Assembly (NCBI GenBank): GCA_951406725.2
Contig: OX597814.1
Coordinates: forward strand, 132,246,001 to 132,310,000
Reading direction: 5' to 3'
Length of the DNA: 64,000 bases
From: Octopus vulgaris
Lineage: Eukaryota
Under the pieces are notes generated by a model. It was not told where the DNA came from. It saw only the letters and a list, made by a program, of their open reading frames with translations, and ran no database searches. Position 1 is the first letter of the stretch. Each line of letters opens with the position of its first letter. The position numbers and the translations under genes were made by a program. Below are positions 54,421 through 64,000 of the stretch, one piece after another.

Positions 54421-55413
54421 TATATAAGCTATACAAGATGAATGACCAAATTTGTTAAGTAAACTGTATTAAATACACACACACAGTTCTACGCATGTGT
54501 TTTTGTTTTTGAAAATAAAACATTGAACAAATGATAATGTAATATTTGAATGAAACCATTTTACTTTAATTTGTGGAACCAGTTACTCCTGTATGATAAA
54601 ACTTTATATTTATTTAACTGTCAATCAGTGAGATATTAGACTAAATCAATTGAAGATCAGACAACAGACTCAGTGGTTGTCAGTTTGTTTTCTGTCATAT
54701 GTAACTTCAACACAAGAAATGTCTTATGAAATTTTGCTCATGGATGATCTAAGTTATATGATATATAAAAACATGTAATATACAAATAAATATCAGTAAA
54801 TTTCTGAGTACCTCATTTCTTCTAATATAAAATATCTGTACATATATATATGTATATATATATGTACATGTATACATATGTATATATACATGTGTGTGAG
54901 TATATATATATATATGTATGTATGTATAAATGTATGTATGTATGTACGTATGTATGTATGCATAAAAGGGTTAAAAAATCTCTTTTCCTAAAGGAAATGT
55001 TTATTGGAATGTGGAGAGTAATTTAACATTTTTTGAATCGATCCGTGACTTCAACTCAGGACATAGGCATCTTATGCTATGAAAATGTTTCGAAGAATGA
55101 TTGAATAACATTTTAAAGCTCTATGTACAGTGTTTATGCTACTTTTTAACAGATAAATTTGAAGGCATATGTCTCAGGGGTTAAAGCACCTGTCTCATAA
55201 TCATGAGTTCAAAAATTCGAAATTGTGATCTTTAGAAATTACTGAGCGTCTAGAGTAACCAGGACATGGTTTAAGATTTGTTTCCTCTTTTACCTGTTAA
55301 TGGGGTGTGGTACTTTGTGAGTTGTCTTAATACACAGGAACATAGACATAGTAAAATATTGTCTTAAGAAGATTTCCGATCTATTTTTAATATAATTTAT
55401 CATTTGTGTTGCA

Positions 55414-55526
<113 letters not shown>

Positions 55527-55729
55527 CTATGTATACATATATATGTGTATATATACATATATACATATAAATATACATATAAATACGTACACATATATAT
55601 ATATATATACATACATACATACACACAGACATATATATATGCGTATATATATATATATACATATGCACATACATATACAAATATTTATACATGTATATAT
55701 ATATATAAATATACACACATACACACATA

Positions 55730-55777
<48 letters not shown>

Positions 55778-56090
55778 GAGATAAAACCACGACTAGGCAA
55801 ATCAAACAGTGCAAATCATAAGCCAATACATAGAAATACAATTAATTAAAAAATATATAAAAAATATACTATATAAAATATAAAAATCCAATTAAAATAT
55901 TAAAATTAAAGTTAAAATTTACAAAAATTATTTAAATTAATAATTTAAACTTATAAATTATAAATATATTTATATAGAAAGGCATTGTGCAAGCCAATGG
56001 TTCATATTTGGTTGATTAAAAATGTAATGGCAAGTATTTATTGACCTTTTTTTCCTTTAAAAATCGGCACATACTTTCTAGACGACGCAA

Positions 56091-56137
<47 letters not shown>

Positions 56138-56141
<4 letters not shown>

Positions 56142-56895
56142 GGCGCATATAAATATTTCATTTATTTCTATTCGTATTTTCTACTGAAAAGGGAAAAATC
56201 TTTTGAGATTAATTCCGAAATTGATTCAATATAGAAATAACGAACTTTTTAAAAAGATTCTGTTGGCTAGCTTTTCTCGATTGCAGCACATAGTATTTCT
56301 GCAGTGGGTTTATTATAATATATGGAAATTGACGGTATAAAACTCTGTTATCAGCATATTGGCATAAAAATAATTTTCTTTTGCCCTTGTTTATATGTTG
56401 CATATAATTTTAACATTTAAAGGTATTTAAATATGCTGCCCCATTTTTCATGAAATTTTTTCTGTAAAAACAATTTCATCCTATATTAGTAGTAGATTTA
56501 TTACTATTCGCTATAAGGACTGGTAAACACTCTAAGCTGTGGGGAGATCAATTCACGCGTGCGCTGAGGTTAGCCAAAGTATTTATATTTATATACATAT
56601 GGGGAACCTTTGTGTACCCATGACTTAAGCTTTGGGTATGTTTTTTCCATGGGCGCATGTAAGTATTTCATTTATTTCTATTCATATTTTCTACCGAAGA
56701 GGAAAAAATCTATGAGATTAATTCCGAAATCGATTCAATATAGAAATAACGGAGTTTTTAAAAAAATTCTTTCCTCGATTTCAGAACAACGTATTTCTAT
56801 AGTGGTTATAATTTTGAAGTTGAAAGGTATTTTAATAAGCTGCCGCGTTTTTAATGGAAAATTTCTGTAAAACAAACTTCATCCTATATTAGTAG
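56138..56895 (+). repeat. Diverged tandem duplication (56138-56490 and 56648-56895)
   Basis: atgggcgcat.taa.tatttcatttatttctattc...ctgtaaaa.....ttcatcctatattagtag occurs twice. Confidence 0.8.
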
Positions 56896-56897
56896 AA

Positions 56898-56930
<33 letters not shown>

Positions 56931-57167
56931 TTGTATATATGTATGTATGTACGTATGCATGTATGTATATATGGATGTATATATATACGTGTGTGTATAT
57001 ATATATATATATGTATTTATATATATAAATATAAATTAAATTACAGATAAAACCACTATTAGGCAAATATTATTATATATACATACATATATATATATAT
57101 ATATGTGTGTGTATATATATATATATATATATAGATAGATAGATAGATATGAATATGTATGTATATT

Positions 57168-57197
<30 letters not shown>

Positions 57198-57201
<4 letters not shown>

Positions 57202-57370
57202 CACAGAAGGAATCCACTTATAGGAATTCAACACGTTAGAAGGAATAACCAAATAATTTTGGGATAAAATTCCTTCCTCTCAAATTTATCCCAAATTTTT
57301 GTGGTTATAGAACCAAGCTGTTCTTTCTAACGTGTTGAATTTCTATCAGTGAATTCCTCATGTGTAAATA
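57198..57370. repeat. Imperfect hairpin in a (TA)n-flanked unit
   Basis: aattcaacacgttagaa / ttctaacgtgttgaatt and tttgggataaa / tttatcccaaa. Confidence 0.7.
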
Positions 57371-57465
57371 TACACTATACCGTACCACTAATATGTAGTC
57401 TTTTTGACTAAATGTTTCACACGTTAGACCACTGGACATATAAATTTTAATTAATTTCCATTTCC

Positions 57466-57510
<45 letters not shown>

Positions 57511-57847
57511 TAAATATATATGTATATATATGTATATATATGTATATATATATGTATATATATATGTATATACATGTATAAATATATATGTATATATATA
57601 TGTATGTATATATATGTATATATATATGTATATATATATATATGAATATATATATATGTGTGTGTATTTATATATGTATATATGTATAACGCGTATATAT
57701 ATATATGTGTATATATGAGTGTCTGTATGCATATATATATATGTATATATATATATATCTATGTATGTGTATATATATATTATATATATATATGTGTGCG
57801 TGTGTGTGTGTGTGTATTTGTGTGTATATATATATTCAAAGAGATAA

Positions 57848-57912
<65 letters not shown>

Positions 57913-57962
57913 TAGATAGATCGATCGATAGCTAGGTAGATAGAAAGAAAGAAAGAAAGAGG

Positions 57963-58042
<80 letters not shown>

Positions 58043-59457
58043 GATAGATAGATAGACAAGAGAAATAATAAAATATATTAAAAATAGTTTCGAAAAGTTC
58101 TTATTTACTATGACTCTGTTCCTGTGTATTAAGACAACTCAGAACGTACCACATCCGATTAACAGGTAAAAGAGGAAACAAATCATAATCTATGTCCTGG
58201 TTACCTCAAACGCTCTGCAATTTATATAGATCACAACTTATTTCACTTAATACCAGATCTTTCACATCACCGGAAGTAAATTTTTCCGTAAATTTGTTAG
58301 TTCCTCCTGTTTATATTTATAATTTTTTAGTTATCATTCATCTTTGTGACATATGGTAATTCCCCGGTGAAAATATTATATATAAGTAATCTCAGAGTAG
58401 ATGTTATAATCACAAGTGAATATCATTTTGATAAACTCGCACACTCAAGATTTATTTGAAAATACATACATATATACTACGATTGTCATTCTTTCCATTC
58501 CAAGTGACCATCCATTATTATGAATACCACCAACGTAAGTAAACAAACCTTCTTAATATCAACTGTAATATCTATATGTTCAGTCTTATGTCTACGCTTA
58601 CTCTTCTATCATTCATAAGAATGAGTGAATCATTTTGCTTATATACTGAACGCAGATTAGTACTACACATGTGATACGTATTTCTATGGCTGTGCTATAT
58701 TGATCTAATTCTGTGCTTTCACACATAGATATTTATAAATAGCCCCGTATATTTTCATACATCTTTTATACACATGTAATTCTTTGATCTCACTTCTAAC
58801 TTAACTAGAATTTCAGTTGGGTGTATAAGAGCATACATTTGGCAGGTGTTAAAGGAGAATTTGTGCAAAATATTTAATGAAACTTAAAACAGAAGTATAT
58901 GAAGCACATAAACTGTGTATTCATTTCCCTGTCTATTTAGTTATCTATTGGTTAAAATAAGTAACACCTTTGGTCCTGAATGTCCAAGGTATTCTTCCAA
59001 TAAGATTCCACACCTAAGTATTATGTCCGGCCCGTGCATACTGGATTCCCATTTCCACGCCATCGATAGTGTAATAGATAAAGGCAAATGCCGACACCGC
59101 TTAGCACCAGTGACAACGTACCTCATTTACACCGCTTAGGCAAGTAGAGCAACGCGAAATAAAACGTTTTGATGAAGAACACAAAACACAGCCCGGCACG
59201 AAATTCGGTGCTCTAACCACTGACACATGTGCCATCAAAATTATCTGTTAGAAAGTAGCATAAACTCTGTTCATAGAGCTTTTGAAAGCTACGCAATCAT
59301 TCTTCGAAATATATTTTCATAGCAAACGATGCTTATGGACGGAGTTGAAGTCACGGATCGACTCAAAGAAAGTTAATTTACTCTCCACGTTCCAATAAAC
59401 ATTTCCGTTTTTAGCCCTCAAAGGCCTCCTTCATCGAAAACCGAGATTTATTAATGC

Positions 59458-59533
<76 letters not shown>

Positions 59534-59627
59534 TATACATATATGTACATATGTATGTATGTATGTATAAGAGGGCGAAAAAAGAAAATGTTTATTGGAA
59601 TGTGGAGAATAATTTAAGTTTCTTTGT

Positions 59628-59658
<31 letters not shown>

Positions 59659-59739
59659 TCCCGGGTTGATACGGGGTTAACCACAGTAAGTAAGGTACTC
59701 AATACATAGCAGAGTAAAATTAATTTATTATATAGAAGG

Positions 59740-59790
59740 AGCTTCTACAGGACTAGTACTGTTTCATTCAAGAGAAATCTTCAGGAAGCT
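59740..59790 (-). ncRNA. Type-I hammerhead ribozyme fold with fully canonical core
   Basis: agcttc CTGAAGA tttc-tctt-gaat GAAA cag-tactagtc-ctg TA gaagct. Confidence 0.8.
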
Positions 59791-60169
59791 ATTTAACAAG
59801 AATTGTATTAGCATTTATACATTTAGAGGAGTGGTGGTGGGGGACTTTTTGGGGGTAGGCATAGCGCAAAATATCATACTTGGGGGAGTGGTCAAGGTAA
59901 TAAAAAAATAAAAAAATAAAAAATAAAAAAATAAAAGGATAAAATAAAAGAATAAAAATAAAAAATATAAAAAATATAAAAAATATAAAAAATATAAAAA
60001 ATATATATAAAAAAATATATAAAAAAAAATATATATATAAAATATATATATAAAATATATATATAAAAAAAGGGGGGATAGAGTTATAGGTAAATAAGGA
60101 GATTCTCACTTATACCTATACACACATGTATACGTATCTACACACACATACGCACATACACATATATCT

Positions 60170-60221
<52 letters not shown>

Positions 60222-60678
60222 CCTACACATACACACATACATACATACAAATATACATATACATATATATATATACAATCCAATACAGGCCCATTCCTAA
60301 TTTTAATTTTATTATCTTCATTTATTACTTTTGTTATCTTTGATCGCTAGGGCTAAGAATCCTGGCAATAGCTGCTTGTCCGTTTGTCTGTCTACTAGAA
60401 GGCAAGTACTCATTCCCGCACGCACACTCATTAGCACGTACATTCACCCATTCGTACACTCATACATACATACACGTACGCACGCGTTATATTCATACAT
60501 ACAAACATCTACATACGTTCACGTATATACACATACGTACTCGTACCTACAGATTCGTGTCTACACTTTAGGAGGCTAGTCTATACATATACACCAATAA
60601 ATATACATATATATATATATATATATACTGCATATACATACACACACACACATATATACTCCTACATACAGATACATA

Positions 60679-60736
<58 letters not shown>

Positions 60737-61238
60737 TACATATACCTACACATACACACATACACATACACACACATACATACACATATATATACATACA
60801 CAAACATATATACACACACATATATATACATACACACATACACACATACATACGTATACATACATACATACATCTATACATCCATACTTACATGCATTTA
60901 TACGCATACACACACCCATCTATATATATGTATATATATATATATATATATATACACACTCACACATACATATACAAATCTACGCACACACATACATACA
61001 TACACGTATACGCATACACGCACATACACATATACATGCGTACCCATACACGTGCACACACGCACGCGCATCCATATAAATACACACACACACATATATA
61101 TATACACGTGTGCAAGCATACATACATACTCATACGCGCACACATACTTACAAATACATATATGCACACACTTACACACATATATATACATACACATATA
61201 CATGCATACATACATATATGCATACATACACACACGCA

Positions 61239-61298
<60 letters not shown>

Positions 61299-61357
61299 TA
61301 TACATACATAGACATACATACACATACATACACATACACATACGTACACACACATAT

Positions 61358-61396
<39 letters not shown>

Positions 61397-61739
61397 CACG
61401 CATACATATATACATATACATACATATACATACACACACACATACATATATACATATACACTGATACACATACCCATACATACACATGCATATACTTATA
61501 TTACTACATACTCACATATATAGACATATATACATATACACACATACATATATACATGTACATACACATACGCATGCATATATATATATATACACACACA
61601 TATATACACATACATATATATATATATATATATACATACGTACACACACACACACACATACATATACACATATACATGTATACATACGCAAAAATGATAC
61701 ATATATACACATACACACACACAGACAGATGCATATACA

Positions 61740-61916
61740 TACATATATATATATATAAACTACATATCTATATAAATACAAACATAATACACATATACAC
61801 ACACATATATATACATTCATGCATATACATATACAAGTATACATACACAAACATACACACACACGCGCACACATACATATACACACACACATATACAAAT
61901 ACATACATACACACAT

Positions 61917-61955
<39 letters not shown>

Positions 61956-63784
61956 CATACATGTACACATATACATATGTATATATATATCAACAAGGGA
62001 GGGTAAAGTTAATTAGTTATTAATCAATTTCATCAAGTGTTCAGTATGTAAAGGGACCATTATTATTTTGAGTAAACAATGTTAGAGGGAAAAAAATTCT
62101 CTAAGTAGTGGAAGAGGCTAAAAAACTTTATTGGCTGCTATTTCTAGAAAGTTTAGTATGTGGCAAAGTAATTTATTTTATTTTCCTAAGCCCTAATTAT
62201 ATAATATTTTATACATACATACACATACATAAGCACATACATTTACACATACATATGCATATACATATATACACATATACATACAAACACATATACACAT
62301 ATACACACACACACACATACAAGCACATACATATATATATACATATATATACACATATATATACACATATATATATATATATATATACATGCAAACATAT
62401 ATACATATATATTTTTTACATGCATACATACACACACACACACATAATACATGCGTATATTCCTACTGTACCCATGCATTTCTATACATATATACATACA
62501 TACATACGATACACATATACAAGCGTGCACATATAATATGTGAAAGGTCTTAGGAGAAAAGGTAATCGGGGGTGCTAGGGGAACAGTGGGGTTGGGGGGG
62601 GGGTTGTAGGGGGTTGTCATCAATCAGGTTGGGTAGGTCTATAGTTCTTTGTCGCGTACTTCTTATGCATACAGTTTGGGGAGTGTTCTGAAAATTTGTT
62701 AAGGAGAGGCCTTTAACAAGATCTCTAGGCTCTCTATTGCATGGTCACAGCAGGTATGTCCTCTTGAGGCCTTCTGTAGTAGTTCCACTTGGTCTTGAAG
62801 GGATTGAGTTCCTTTTAAGGTACCAGATGTGGGCGGCGAGGGTAGTTTGGTTGGAAATCCAACCAAACTACCCTCGCCGCCCACATCTGGTACCTTAAAA
62901 GGAACTCAATCCCCTTCAAGACCAAGTGGAAACTACTACAGAAGGCGCGCTCGTACACAGGAGGACATACCTGCTGTGACCTATGCATATCAGAGAGCCT
63001 AGAGATCTTGTTCGCCAAAGGCCCTCTCCTTAACAAATTTTCAGAACACTCCCCAAACTGTATGCATAAGAAGTACGCGAACTACAAGAACTATAGACCT
63101 ACCCGGCAACCTGATTGATGACAACCCCCCTACAACCCCCCCCCCAACCCCACTGTTCCCCTAGCACCCCCGATTACCTTTTCTCCTAAGACCTTTCACA
63201 TATTATATGTGCACGCTTGTATATGTGTATCGTATGTATGTATGTATATATGTATAGAAATGCATGGGTACAGTAGGAATATACGCATGTATTATGTGTG
63301 TGTGTGTGTATGTATGCATGTAAAAAAATATATATGTATATATGTTTGCATGTATATATATATATATATATATGTGTATATATATGTGTATATATATGTA
63401 TATATATATGTATGTGCTTGTATGTGTGTGTGTGTGTATATGTGTATATGTGTTTGTATGTATATGTGTATATATGTATATGCATATGTATGTGTAAATG
63501 TATGTGCTTATGTATGTGTATGTATGTATAAAATATTATATAATTAGGGCTTAGGAAAATAAAATAAATTACTTTGCCACATACTAAACTTTCTAGAAAT
63601 AGCAGCCAATAAAGTTTTTTAGCCTCTTCCACTACTTAGAGAATTTTTTTCCCTCTAACATTGTTTACTCAAAATAATAATGGTCCCTTTACATACTGAA
63701 CACTTGATGAAATTGATTAATAACTAATTAACTTTACCCTCCCTTGTTGATATATATATACATATGTATATGTGTACATGTATG

Positions 63785-63823
<39 letters not shown>

Positions 63824-64000
63824 ATGTGTGTATGTATGTATTTGTATATGTGTGTGTGTATATGTATGTGTGCGCGTGTGTGTGTATGTTTGTGTATGTA
63901 TACTTGTATATGTATATGCATGAATGTATATATATGTGTGTGTATATGTGTATTATGTTTGTATTTATATAGATATGTAGTTTATATATATATATATGTA
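61740..64000. mobile_element. Palindrome of at least 1.1 kb per arm, centred at 62856, containing a second Hydra-like PLE endonuclease C-terminus
   Basis: + arm 62864-63118 reads QTTLAAHIWYLK..IPFKTKWKLLQKARSYTGGHTCCDLCISESLEI..LLNKFSE...CMH, homologous to the tail of the 41256 ORF. Confidence 0.8.

Noticed and set aside
60568-62623. Long YI/HT/CV-repeat ORFs, here and throughout the track
   Set aside because: These are translations of (TA)n, (CA)n, (TATC)n and (TACA)n microsatellites

Overview
AT-rich, microsatellite-dense animal DNA. The SINE families and the IL-17 sequences point to an octopod cephalopod (inference). The host content is part of a tandem/inverted interleukin-17-like gene cluster: three coding copies (19122-19811 +, 27706-28536 -, 52312-52842 -), an orphan promoter/exon-1 remnant near 10.6-10.8 kb, and several segmental duplications of gene flanks. 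The rest is mostly transposon debris: Dong/R4, RTE and I-group LINEs, tRNA-derived SINEs, mariner, hAT, a Ginger-like integrase and many Penelope-like element (PLE) pieces inserted in (TA)n. Two signals are not explained by the ORF track. (1) At least six unrelated families of short (TA)n-embedded, often fold-back, PLE-type units carry minimal type-I hammerhead ribozyme folds, several with a U4C core variant; one further unit has a tRNA-like Pol III head. (2) The IL-17 3' UTRs carry conserved Py-Pu-Py tri-loop hairpins resembling Roquin/Regnase-1 decay elements. Most ORFs in the track are translations of microsatellites. Coordinates were counted by eye and repeat boundaries are approximate.
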